From: Escherichia phage F2
Strand: one strand, 5' to 3'
Sequence record: NC_054913.1
Length of the DNA stretch: 64,000 nt
In this document: piece after piece, positions 32,636-41,030 of the stretch
Layout: each line of letters opens with the position of its first letter
How positions within the stretch are numbered: position 1 is the stretch's first letter
Position numbers and translations under genes: made by a program
Notes under the pieces: model-generated
Database searches by the model: none
Told to the model about the DNA's origin: nothing
The model's input: only the letters and a program-made list of their open reading frames with translations

Positions 32636-33628
32636 ATGTTACCTGTCATCAGAAAACTTATTTCTCCAAAAGAACTGGCTGAGATTATTCCTTTGTCGGA
32701 AGCTTACGCATCACAAGTGGCTTCTCATCGCGAACAAGTTAATTCGATTATGAACGGTGAAGACCCACGCAAACTTATTGTTGTAGGTCCTTGTTCAATT
32801 CATGACCCTATTGCTGCTGTTGAATACGGCAAACGTCTGGCTGAACTTCAAACTCGTCTTCCTAATGTTCTGTTAGTGATGCGCGTTTATTTTGAAAAGC
32901 CTCGAACTACCGTAGGTTGGAAAGGTCTTGTAAATGATCCATATCTTGACGGAAGTTTTGATATGAACCACGGTCTTATAGTTGCACGAACATTGTGTCG
33001 TAAACTTCTACGTATGGGACTTCCATTAGCAACTGAAGTATTAGACCCATTCACGATTAAGTATCTTTCTGGTATTTTCTCATGGGTTGCTATTGGCGCC
33101 CGTACGACTGAAAGTCAGACACATCGTGAAATTGCTTCAGGTCTACCGATGTGCGTAGGCTTCAAGAACGCAACCAATGGTTCTATTAAAGTAGCTACAG
33201 ACGCGATGTATAGTGCCGCCTGGCCTCATCGGTATATGGGTATGGACGTCGATGGTACTGTAGGCATTGTTGAAGCTGAAGGTAATCAGAATACGCATAT
33301 CGTATTGCGTGGCGGGACCAACGGCCCGAACTATCATTCTTCTGATATTCAAGAAGCTTCTAACAAAGCAAGGGCAGTAGGTCTGAATCATTATGTAATG
33401 GTTGACTGTAGCCATGCAAACGCTGATGGTCATTATAGCAATCAAATTGGTATTGGTAAAAATTTAGCAGCTAATGATTTGGTCAAAGGAATTATGATAG
33501 AATCATTCCTACATGAAGGAAATCAAAAAATTTCTGATAATATGTCCTATGGCGTTTCCGTTACCGATGCGTGCATCAGTTGGGAACAAACTAAAGAGCT
33601 GTTAACTTATATTAATAAGGTTCAATAA
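32636..33628 (+). CDS. 3-deoxy-D-arabino-heptulosonate-7-phosphate (DAHP) synthase, class I alpha (AroG/AroF/AroH-like)
   Basis: 330 aa; alignable along its length with E. coli AroG: LIVVGPCSIHDP, MRVYFEKPRTTVGWKGL.NDP, AIGARTTESQ.HRE.ASGL, VGFKN.T.G.IKVA.DA, D.SHAN and E.GNQ motifs. Confidence 0.9.
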   Translation: MLPVIRKLISPKELAEIIPLSEAYASQVASHREQVNSIMNGEDPRKLIVVGPCSIHDPIAAVEYGKRLAELQTRLPNVLLVMRVYFEKPRTTVGWKGLVNDPYLDGSFDMNHGLIVARTLCRKLLRMGLPLATEVLDPFTIKYLSGIFSWVAIGARTTESQTHREIASGLPMCVGFKNATNGSIKVATDAMYSAAWPHRYMGMDVDGTVGIVEAEGNQNTHIVLRGGTNGPNYHSSDIQEASNKARAVGLNHYVMVDCSHANADGHYSNQIGIGKNLAANDLVKGIMIESFLHEGNQKISDNMSYGVSVTDACISWEQTKELLTYINKVQ

Positions 33629-34209
33629 TGAAAGCTAGCACATACCTTCAGATTGCATATCTGATTTCTCAAGAATCAAAATGTTGTTCATGGAAAGTTG
33701 GCGCAGTCATTGAAAAAGATGGGCGCATTATTTCTACTGGGTATAACGGTTCACCTGCAGGTGGCGTTAACTGTTGCGAACATGCATCTGAAAATGGTTG
33801 GTTGAAGAATAAACCAAGCCCGGTCATCGTTGCTGGACATAAAGAAGGCACTACAGCATTTGGACGGGTGGATAATTTTGTTTTGGCTAAAGAACATCGG
33901 GCCGCTCATAGTGCATGGTCTGCTAATAACGAAATCCATGCTGAATTGAATGCAATTTTGTTTGCAGCTCGTAAAGGTAATTCTATTGAAGGTGCTACGT
34001 TATATACGACGCTTTCTCCGTGTCCTGATTGCACTAAAGCTATTACGCAGTCAGGTATTAAAAAGGTTGTATACGCAGAATTATATGACAGATCTCCTGA
34101 AAATTGGGCAGACATTCTAAAACAAGCTGGTATTGAAGTAATTCAGTACTCTCGTAATAATCTTCGTTCTCTGAATTGGGAACAAATCCGAAACTTTTGT
34201 GGTGAATAA
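33628..34209 (+). CDS. cd: dCMP deaminase
   Basis: 193 aa, same length as T4 Cd; CCSWKVGAVIEK.GRIISTGYNGSPAGG and HAELNAILFAAR, SPCPDC zinc-binding motifs. Confidence 0.95.
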   Translation: MKASTYLQIAYLISQESKCCSWKVGAVIEKDGRIISTGYNGSPAGGVNCCEHASENGWLKNKPSPVIVAGHKEGTTAFGRVDNFVLAKEHRAAHSAWSANNEIHAELNAILFAARKGNSIEGATLYTTLSPCPDCTKAITQSGIKKVVYAELYDRSPENWADILKQAGIEVIQYSRNNLRSLNWEQIRNFCGE

Positions 34210-34507
34210 TATGATTTTAACTGAACAGGAAACTATGGTTCTTCGTGAACGTATTAAAACTATTCTGTCTGTAGGCGTTCATTGTGTTGTATTTGAAAAG
34301 GCTAACGGTGAGGTACGCACTATGTTTGCTTCGCGCGATGAACTTGAAGTCAAATATGAAAATAACAATCCGGCAACAGAAGTTCGTTATGAACCTCGTG
34401 AATCAGTTCGAGCATTCGATACCAAGTTAGGTCAGTGGCGTTCTTTCCGCCTTGATAAAGTAATTTCGGTTGATGGTACTCCTGTAGAACGTTTGCTTCT
34501 TATGTAA
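34199..34507 (+). CDS. hypothetical protein (31.x-like)
   Basis: 102-aa ORF overlapping the cd stop. Confidence 0.45.
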   Translation: MVNNMILTEQETMVLRERIKTILSVGVHCVVFEKANGEVRTMFASRDELEVKYENNNPATEVRYEPRESVRAFDTKLGQWRSFRLDKVISVDGTPVERLLLM

Positions 34508-34534
34508 TATGCTTTACGAATAGTATGGTATTAT
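34508..34534 (+). promoter_or_regulatory. candidate MotA-dependent middle promoter for gene 31
   Basis: MotA box TATGCTTTA at 34508-34516 and TATTAT 12 bp downstream. Confidence 0.45.
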
Positions 34535-34564
34535 TAATCTATCGTCAAACAACAAGGAAATAAG

Positions 34565-34897
34565 ATGTCTGAAGTACAACTCCCAATTCGTGCTGTTGGT
34601 GAATATGTCATTCTGGTTTCTGAACCCGCTCAAGCAGGTGATGAAGAAGTTACAGAATCAGGACTTGTGATTGGTAAACGTGTTCAAGGTGAAGTTCCTG
34701 AACTATGTGTAGTTCATTCTGTAGGTCCTGATGTTCCTGAAGGTTTTGTTGAAGTCGGTGATTTGACTCCACTACCAGTTGGACAAATTCGAAATGTTCC
34801 ACATCCATTTGTGGCTTTGGGACTTAAACAACCTAAAGAAATTAAACAGAAATTCGTAACATGCCACTATAAAGCTATTCCGTGTCTTTATAAGTGA
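34565..34897 (+). CDS. 31: gp31 co-chaperonin (GroES analogue)
   Basis: 110 aa (T4 gp31 111); position and size; similarity to T4 gp31 as recalled. Confidence 0.9.
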   Translation: MSEVQLPIRAVGEYVILVSEPAQAGDEEVTESGLVIGKRVQGEVPELCVVHSVGPDVPEGFVEVGDLTPLPVGQIRNVPHPFVALGLKQPKEIKQKFVTCHYKAIPCLYK

Positions 34898-34904
34898 TAT
34901 AAAT
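34897..34904 (+). promoter_or_regulatory. candidate late promoter TATAAATA upstream of rIII
   Basis: Exact TATAAATA about 117 bp upstream of the rIII start, followed by GAAGAG-aaca-CTCTTC hairpin. Confidence 0.35.
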
Positions 34905-35021
34905 AACTATATGAAGAGAACACTCTTCTAAGCGGTAGCCTACAACTGAGAGACTTGTCGAAAGAAGGTGAAATTCAGACGAACGTGGCTACTAAATATT
35001 ATCTCGAATTGAGAATTTAAA

Positions 35022-35270
35022 ATGATTAAACAATTACAACACGCTCTTGAACTGCAACGAAACGCATGGAATAACGGTCACGAAAACTACGGTGCGTCAA
35101 TTGATGTTGAAGCCGAAGCACTGGAAATCCTGCGATATTTCAAACATCTGAATCCTGCTCAGGCTACTCTGGCTTCTGAACTGGAAGCTAAAGATGAATT
35201 GAAATATGCTAAGCCTCTGGCTTCTGCAGCACGCAAAGCAGTTCGTCATTTTGTTATTACCCTGAAGTAA
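35022..35270 (+). CDS. rIII: rIII lysis inhibition accessory protein
   Basis: 82 aa, same length as T4 RIII; position between 31 and 30. Confidence 0.85.
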   Translation: MIKQLQHALELQRNAWNNGHENYGASIDVEAEALEILRYFKHLNPAQATLASELEAKDELKYAKPLASAARKAVRHFVITLK

Positions 35271-35292
35271 GTTAAATCGAGGAGCCGTCGAA

Positions 35293-35484
35293 TTGTCTGA
35301 TTATCGATTTGCGAATCGGTATGTTTTAGAAGTACCGCCCCGACAATTTTACGGTGTACCTCTTGAATGTTACTATCATGCGTCAGAAAAGTGTTATCTG
35401 TGTAAGTCTTGGTGGTATGATGACGAGGTTTATGGTTATCCTGTCGTTAAATATCCAAAACCTATGTTCCCCTTGAGGGCTTGA
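35293..35484 (+). CDS. hypothetical protein
   Basis: 63-aa ORF with RBS GAGGAG. Confidence 0.4.
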   Translation: MSDYRFANRYVLEVPPRQFYGVPLECYYHASEKCYLCKSWWYDDEVYGYPVVKYPKPMFPLRA

Positions 35485-35532
35485 GCAGGCCATGTCAATA
35501 AGTCCTGCATTTTCATTTAAAGAGAATTTATA

Positions 35533-35712
35533 ATGGCAAAACAAGCTAAAGCAAAGAAAGCAGTTGAAAAGAAAGTTGATGGTACCTCTAAACGCGCTGG
35601 ATACAAGCGTGGGTCGAACTCTCGTATTAATCAAACAGTTGAGAAGATCATGCGCAGAGCACGTGCAGTTCTTCGAGATGATGCTTCTCGTTTTGGAAAG
35701 GTTGTTGCATAA
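35533..35712 (+). CDS. small basic protein (59 aa)
   Basis: ORF below track cutoff; Lys/Arg-rich; followed immediately by a strong terminator. Confidence 0.35.
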   Translation: MAKQAKAKKAVEKKVDGTSKRAGYKRGSNSRINQTVEKIMRRARAVLRDDASRFGKVVA

Positions 35713-35717
35713 TTTTA

Positions 35718-35740
35718 GGGAGACTTCGGTCTCCCTTTTG
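35718..35740 (+). terminator. intrinsic terminator
   Basis: GGGAGAC-TTCG-GTCTCCC followed by TTTTG. Confidence 0.65.
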
Positions 35741-35772
35741 TGCGTTTAGGGCAGAAAAAGTTTAAAAAAGAT

Positions 35773-35801
35773 GTTTACTCTCCTGTAGGATGTGTTACTA
35801 T
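35773..35801 (+). promoter_or_regulatory. early promoter
   Basis: GTTTAC at 35773-35778, TACTAT at 35796-35801, conserved TATAGAC...CAA leader. Confidence 0.55.
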
Positions 35802-35842
35802 AGACTTGTACCACCTAATCAATAAAACAATCGGAGAATAAA

Positions 35843-36211
35843 ATGAAAATCAATCTGAACTCATACATCAAATGTAAAGACCACGACGGTTATAAAGCTA
35901 TCGAAATTAAAGAATTCCAGTGGATGTTATACAAAGAGCAATTTGAGTTCGTAGGTTGTATGACCCCTGAAGGTCCTTCAGATGATTTCTCTTGGAAAAT
36001 TGTGTTAGCAAACTTTTTCACAGGTGACACATACGAATTAAAAACTATTATTACCGGTAAAATTCGTTCAGAAACATATGTTGACGAAGAAACTGGTTAC
36101 TCTGAAGATGTTACATGGTATCAAAATGGACGCATTACAGCAGATAACCTGATCGAAAAAATGAAAGCCAAAGGTGTTTTAAATTTAGACAATTGGATTA
36201 AAGTTGCATAA
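35843..36211 (+). CDS. hypothetical protein
   Basis: 122-aa ORF with RBS GGAGAA. Confidence 0.5.
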   Translation: MKINLNSYIKCKDHDGYKAIEIKEFQWMLYKEQFEFVGCMTPEGPSDDFSWKIVLANFFTGDTYELKTIITGKIRSETYVDEETGYSEDVTWYQNGRITADNLIEKMKAKGVLNLDNWIKVA

Positions 36212-36215
36212 AACA

Positions 36216-36244
36216 GTTTACTTTGGTACAGGTTATGTTATTAT
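36216..36244 (+). promoter_or_regulatory. early promoter
   Basis: GTTTAC at 36216-36221, TATTAT at 36239-36244. Confidence 0.55.
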
Positions 36245-36285
36245 AGACCTGTACCAACAAACAACTTAAACATCTGGAGAATAAA

Positions 36286-36651
36286 ATGAACTACACCAAC
36301 TTCGAACGCAAATATGTTTCTAACGGTATCGCTGGTTCTATCGATATGGTTTGTTTGTGGAAGCATAAAAATGGTTCAGTATGTGAAATTGAGCAGTGCA
36401 TGACTCCTAATTATGTTTATATGCGATTTGAAAATGGCATCACTGTTTCAATCACGATGGAAGGTTCCAACTTCAAAATTGCATTAGATGACGATTTCCG
36501 TCAACGTGATTTAGGTACTCATCCTTGCTGGAACGGTGTTAATCGTAAACTTCTGGTTAAAACTTGGATTCGTCATATCCTGAGTAACCGAGCTAAACCT
36601 GAACATCTCGAAGCAATCTTTGATGTAGTTCTTAACGAATTCGATATCTAA
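36286..36651 (+). CDS. hypothetical protein
   Basis: 121-aa ORF with RBS GGAGAA. Confidence 0.5.
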   Translation: MNYTNFERKYVSNGIAGSIDMVCLWKHKNGSVCEIEQCMTPNYVYMRFENGITVSITMEGSNFKIALDDDFRQRDLGTHPCWNGVNRKLLVKTWIRHILSNRAKPEHLEAIFDVVLNEFDI

Positions 36652-36658
36652 TTTAACT

Positions 36659-36674
36659 GGGAGCTTCGGCTCCC
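36659..36674 (+). other. GC hairpin without U-tract (possible RNA stability or processing element)
   Basis: GGGAGC-TTCG-GCTCCC directly upstream of the next RBS. Confidence 0.4.
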
Positions 36675-36686
36675 ACTGAGGAAATT

Positions 36687-37301
36687 ATGTTTAAAGTTAA
36701 TACTTTTTATAAAATGAATTTTAAAAATGGGGATATTACTCCACGCCTTAAAAACATGTTCTCATATGACCTTATCGAGCCTTTTGAAGTTTTAGAAGTT
36801 ACTGATGCCGGCTCGGTTTGTGAAATTAGAACTTCTGAAGGTAAAATTTATCAGGCAGGTGTTGGTAAATTCAGTAATTGTTTTACTTTAATATTCTCGA
36901 CCGATTTAGATGAGCATTTTATTGAATGTCCTAACCCTAAGGTCCACGAAGTTCCACATCAAGAAACTAAGAAAAATGGCCCGCACGAATATACGAAGGT
37001 TGAAACTCCTCACGGCGTGATGTGGCGTCATAACTCTCCTTTTGGAAGTAAAGGAACATTTGCTCAACCGTCTAAACCGTATGACGATGAAAAATACATC
37101 GTCGTCTTTTTATCTGAACAGGGTACTCAAGACAGTGGATGCCAACGTTCCGGTTTATTGAGTGAACTTGAAGCTCATAACCAAGCACGTGAATTCGTTG
37201 AGAAAAATCCTGGTTCTGAAGCTCTAGTCATGAAAGCAATTACTCAATATATCACTGCTCAACCTGTTGTTCATCCAGTAGAAATTAATTTCGTTAAGTA
37301 G
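36687..37301 (+). CDS. hypothetical protein
   Basis: 204-aa ORF with RBS GAGGAAA; no motif recognised. Confidence 0.5.
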   Translation: MFKVNTFYKMNFKNGDITPRLKNMFSYDLIEPFEVLEVTDAGSVCEIRTSEGKIYQAGVGKFSNCFTLIFSTDLDEHFIECPNPKVHEVPHQETKKNGPHEYTKVETPHGVMWRHNSPFGSKGTFAQPSKPYDDEKYIVVFLSEQGTQDSGCQRSGLLSELEAHNQAREFVEKNPGSEALVMKAITQYITAQPVVHPVEINFVK

Positions 37302-37331
37302 TTTACATCCAAGGACGGATTAGAGTATAAT
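37301..37331 (+). promoter_or_regulatory. early promoter
   Basis: GTTTAC at 37301-37306, TATAAT at 37326-37331. Confidence 0.55.
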
Positions 37332-37355
37332 GATTTCTTTAGTAAGTGGAAAAAT

Positions 37356-37553
37356 ATGAAATTTTTAATAGCACAAACAGTTCAATTAAAAGGTGTTGGA
37401 ATTCCTGGGGTGATTTTTAAAGTTCTCCCTGAATTTAAAACCGGCGCTGGAATTATCAATGAAGCGTATGCTGTTCAATGGGTTGATTGGACTTCTGACA
37501 TACGTATGGGTAAAGAGTTATCTCCTATTAAAGGGTTGAAACATGTTGAATAA
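37356..37553 (+). CDS. hypothetical protein
   Basis: 65-aa ORF. Confidence 0.4.
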   Translation: MKFLIAQTVQLKGVGIPGVIFKVLPEFKTGAGIINEAYAVQWVDWTSDIRMGKELSPIKGLKHVE

Positions 37554-37755
37554 ATTAATCCAGAAATTGTTTGGTACGGAAATGATCGAAGTTACTTATC
37601 GTGTAACAGACTGCTCGCCTATTCATCCACAGGATGAACCGTTTATCAAGACAATTAAAATGCTTAAAAATGACGGTGGTTTATCTATTGAAGACCGTCT
37701 GCCTAGTTACGGACATTGGGCTGATGTTGAAATTATAAGTGTTAAAGATGTCTGA
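37543..37755 (+). CDS. hypothetical protein
   Basis: 70-aa ORF, coupled. Confidence 0.4.
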   Translation: MLNKLIQKLFGTEMIEVTYRVTDCSPIHPQDEPFIKTIKMLKNDGGLSIEDRLPSYGHWADVEIISVKDV

Positions 37756-38206
37756 ATTAGAAATAAGAAGCAATTTCAAATGGCCGTCATGCGCATTAAG
37801 TAATTTCGCCCAATGGCCTTTTGTTATGGATGGTATTCAATTCGGAGGACTTGAAGGATTTCTCCAAGGATGTAAGGTGAAAAATGTTGAACAACAAAGA
37901 CGTATATTTGGGCTGTCAGGACTGGCCGCACAGCAAGCTGGAAGGTCTTATGCAAGAGCTCAGGACCATGGGACTCTCTTCTGGTTAGGAGTTCCATTTT
38001 CAAGATACTCTGAAGCATGGAAAGAATTATATACAAATGCATATTTTGAAGCAGCGATCCAAAACAAGGGGTTTCGCGACGCCTTACAAGCCTCTAAAGG
38101 AAAAATTTTGAAGCACAGCATGGCCAGCCACCTAACAAAAGATGATACAATATTAACTGAAGCTGAATTTATTGATGTGTTAAACCTATTAAGAGACTCT
38201 TTATGA
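37739..38206 (+). CDS. NADAR-domain (YbiA-like, DUF1768) protein
   Basis: 155 aa; SNFAQWPF matches the YbiA FSNFAAWP motif; size matches the NADAR domain. Confidence 0.65.
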   Translation: MLKMSELEIRSNFKWPSCALSNFAQWPFVMDGIQFGGLEGFLQGCKVKNVEQQRRIFGLSGLAAQQAGRSYARAQDHGTLFWLGVPFSRYSEAWKELYTNAYFEAAIQNKGFRDALQASKGKILKHSMASHLTKDDTILTEAEFIDVLNLLRDSL

Positions 38207-39018
38207 AGCCTACTATTTTGACTGATATTGATGGTGTATGTTTAAGCTGGCAATCTGGACTTCCTTATTTTGCCCAAAAATATAATCTTCCATTAGAACA
38301 TATTTTAAAAATGATTCAGGACGAAAAATTTATTTCTCCTGGTAAACTGTTCAATACCGACGATAACCTTGGTAAACAATTAATAGAAAAATATAATAGC
38401 TCTGATTTTATTCGTTACTTAGCGCCTTATTCGGATGCTCTTCGAGTTATCAATAAACTAAAAGAAGACTATAATTTTGTAGCCGTGACGGCGCTAGGTG
38501 ATTCAATTGATGCTCGATTGAATAGACAATTTAATTTGAATGCTTTGTTCCCAGGCGCTTTTTCTGAAGTAATGATGTGTGGTCATGATTCGTCAAAGGA
38601 ACAATTATTTGAACTAGCTAAAACAAAATATAACGTGATTTGTTACGTTGACGATTTAGCTCATCACTGTGACCATGCGGCAGAAATTCTTAATGTACCG
38701 ATTTATTGGTTGGCTCGTGGTGAACGTGATGATATTCCTCGCACTGCACAACGTGTACACACGTGGGATGATATTGAATCTCGTTTGGTTTCACCCGAGC
38801 ATAATTCAGATTCAGATCGTGAAGACCTTTTAAAACGATTGGCGGATTTGCTTAAAGAATCTGGTGCAACAAGTCCAGGTGCATGGCCTAATCAAATTGG
38901 CGCTCCGTCGAATCCGTATACCTGGCGAAACCAAGGACCGACTGATATGCAGCCATGGTGGACGATTCAAAACTTTCCTTTAGATTCGTCCAAATGGACT
39001 TGGTCTACAAATTGTTAA
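38203..39018 (+). CDS. putative HAD-superfamily hydrolase (30.2-like)
   Basis: 271 aa; N-terminal LTDIDGV resembles HAD motif I (DxDG[TV]); coupled to the NADAR ORF. Confidence 0.5.
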   Translation: MKPTILTDIDGVCLSWQSGLPYFAQKYNLPLEHILKMIQDEKFISPGKLFNTDDNLGKQLIEKYNSSDFIRYLAPYSDALRVINKLKEDYNFVAVTALGDSIDARLNRQFNLNALFPGAFSEVMMCGHDSSKEQLFELAKTKYNVICYVDDLAHHCDHAAEILNVPIYWLARGERDDIPRTAQRVHTWDDIESRLVSPEHNSDSDREDLLKRLADLLKESGATSPGAWPNQIGAPSNPYTWRNQGPTDMQPWWTIQNFPLDSSKWTWSTNC

Positions 39019-39027
39019 GGGTTAATT

Positions 39028-39297
39028 ATGTTTGTAGTTCATGATATTACAGATGGCAAAAACACCACACGTGACTACGGTCACGTTAACATGTTCTTTC
39101 GAGACTGGCCATTGTTTCGTTCAGTAAAAGACGCAGAAATATTTAAAGAGTGTGTTGAACAAGGGTTCATCTACATTTCAGAATACTATGTTGAAGGACT
39201 CGGTAAATGGATTACCACTTATCAGAAAACGCTGAAATCGCTTCTAGATGAAGTGGCTTATAATAGAACCGTAACCAAAATCGAGGACATCAAATGA
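39028..39297 (+). CDS. hypothetical protein
   Basis: 89-aa ORF. Confidence 0.45.
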   Translation: MFVVHDITDGKNTTRDYGHVNMFFRDWPLFRSVKDAEIFKECVEQGFIYISEYYVEGLGKWITTYQKTLKSLLDEVAYNRTVTKIEDIK

Positions 39298-40787
39298 TTT
39301 TAGATATTTTAAACCAAATAGCTGCGATCGGTTCTACTAAAACAAAACAAGAAATCCTTAAGAAAAATAAGGACAACAAATTACTTGAACGTGTGTACCG
39401 TTTAACATATGCACGTGGTATCCAGTATTATATTAAGAAATGGCCAGGACCTGGTGAAAGGTCTCAAGCGTATGGACTTCTTGAATTAGATGACATGTTG
39501 GATTTTATTGAGTTCACATTAGCCACTCGTAAACTCACTGGTAATGCTGCAATTAAAGAGCTCATGGGTTATATCGCTGATGGTAAACCTGATGATGTAG
39601 AAGTCCTTCGTCGCGTAATGATGCGCGACCTTGAAGTAGGTGCTTCAGTGTCTATCGCGAATAAGGTGTGGCCTGGACTTATTCAATTGCAACCACAGAT
39701 GTTAGCATCTGCATATGATGAGAAATTGATTACTAAAAATATTAAATGGCCCGCATTTGCCCAATTAAAAGCAGATGGTGCTCGTTGTTTCGCTGAAGTC
39801 CGCGATGGTGGTGTTCAATTCTTTTCTCGTGCCGGTAACGAATACCATGGTCTTACTCTATTAGCGGATGAACTAATGGAAATGACTAAAGAAGCTCGTG
39901 AAAGACACCCTAATGGGGTTTTAATCGACGGTGAATTAGTTTATCATTCATTCGATATTAAAAAGGCTGTGAGCTCAGGAAATGATCTGTCGTTCTTATT
40001 TGGTGATAATGAAGAATCCGAAGAAGTACAAGTTGCAGACCGTAGCACTTCAAATGGTTTAGCAAATAAATCTCTTCAAGGGACTATTTCTCCTAAAGAA
40101 GCGGAAGGTATGGTTCTTCAAGCCTGGGACTATGTTCCTTTAGATGAAGTCTATTCTGATGGCAAAATTAAAGGTCAGAAATACGATGTTCGTTTTGCTG
40201 CTCTTGAAAATATGGCTGAAGGCTTTAAACGAATTGAACCTATCGAAAACCAGTTAGTTCGTAATCTTGACGAAGCTAAAGTGGTTTATAAAAAATATGT
40301 TGACCAAGGTCTTGAAGGTATTATCCTTAAAAACCGTGATTCATACTGGGAAAACAAACGCTCTAAGAACCTAATTAAATTTAAAGAAGTTATTGATATC
40401 GCTTTAGAAGTTGTAGGATACTATGAACACTCTAAAGACCCTAACAAATTAGGTGGTGTCGAACTCGTATCACGTTGTCGTCGTATTACAACCGATTGTG
40501 GTTCAGGGTTTAAAGATACAACTCATAAAACAGTTGATGGTGTAAAGGTTCTTATTCCTTTAGATGAGCGTCATGATTTGGACCGTGAACGATTAATGAC
40601 CGAAGCTCGTGAAGGTAAATTGATTGGACGTATTGCTGATTGTGAATGCAATGGTTGGGTTCATTCTAAAGGACGTGAAGGCACTGTAGGTATTTTCCTT
40701 CCAATTATTAAAGGGTTCCGTTTTGATAAAACAGAAGCGGATTCGTTTGAAGACGTATTTGGACCGTGGTCCCAGACAGGTTTATAA
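39294..40787 (+). CDS. 30: ATP-dependent DNA ligase
   Basis: 497 aa; adenylation motif KADGAR (FAQLKADGARCFAEVR), EGIILK, CECNGW. Confidence 0.95.
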   Translation: MILDILNQIAAIGSTKTKQEILKKNKDNKLLERVYRLTYARGIQYYIKKWPGPGERSQAYGLLELDDMLDFIEFTLATRKLTGNAAIKELMGYIADGKPDDVEVLRRVMMRDLEVGASVSIANKVWPGLIQLQPQMLASAYDEKLITKNIKWPAFAQLKADGARCFAEVRDGGVQFFSRAGNEYHGLTLLADELMEMTKEARERHPNGVLIDGELVYHSFDIKKAVSSGNDLSFLFGDNEESEEVQVADRSTSNGLANKSLQGTISPKEAEGMVLQAWDYVPLDEVYSDGKIKGQKYDVRFAALENMAEGFKRIEPIENQLVRNLDEAKVVYKKYVDQGLEGIILKNRDSYWENKRSKNLIKFKEVIDIALEVVGYYEHSKDPNKLGGVELVSRCRRITTDCGSGFKDTTHKTVDGVKVLIPLDERHDLDRERLMTEAREGKLIGRIADCECNGWVHSKGREGTVGIFLPIIKGFRFDKTEADSFEDVFGPWSQTGL

Positions 40788-40975
40788 TGAAAGCTTATTT
40801 AGAAACAGTTATTGTAGCTAAGAAGGATGGTGGAGATGTTTCCACCTCTTGCTCTCAGATTATATTAGATTTTCCTAATGAAAATTCGTATCGGGTTTTC
40901 GTAGATAACGTTAATGGGTACGAAAAAGGCCCTAATTTTGAAGTTTATCGTACTTTGCTCCCGATTGTGGATTAA
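40787..40975 (+). CDS. hypothetical protein
   Basis: In-frame ATG at 40787 overlapping the ligase stop (TAATG); 62 aa. Confidence 0.4.
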   Translation: MKAYLETVIVAKKDGGDVSTSCSQIILDFPNENSYRVFVDNVNGYEKGPNFEVYRTLLPIVD

Positions 40976-40996
40976 GAGCCTTCGGGCTCTTTTTGG
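40976..40996 (+). terminator. intrinsic terminator
   Basis: GAGCC-TTCG-GGCTC followed by TTTTTGG. Confidence 0.6.
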
Positions 40997-41030
40997 CATA
41001 AATATAAATTATTACTAAAAGGAAAACACT

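Noticed and set aside
40998-41011. Late promoter for alt (CATAAATA / TATAAATT)
   Set aside because: Only 7 of 8 matches to TATAAATA, and T4 late promoters rarely deviate; left uncalled.
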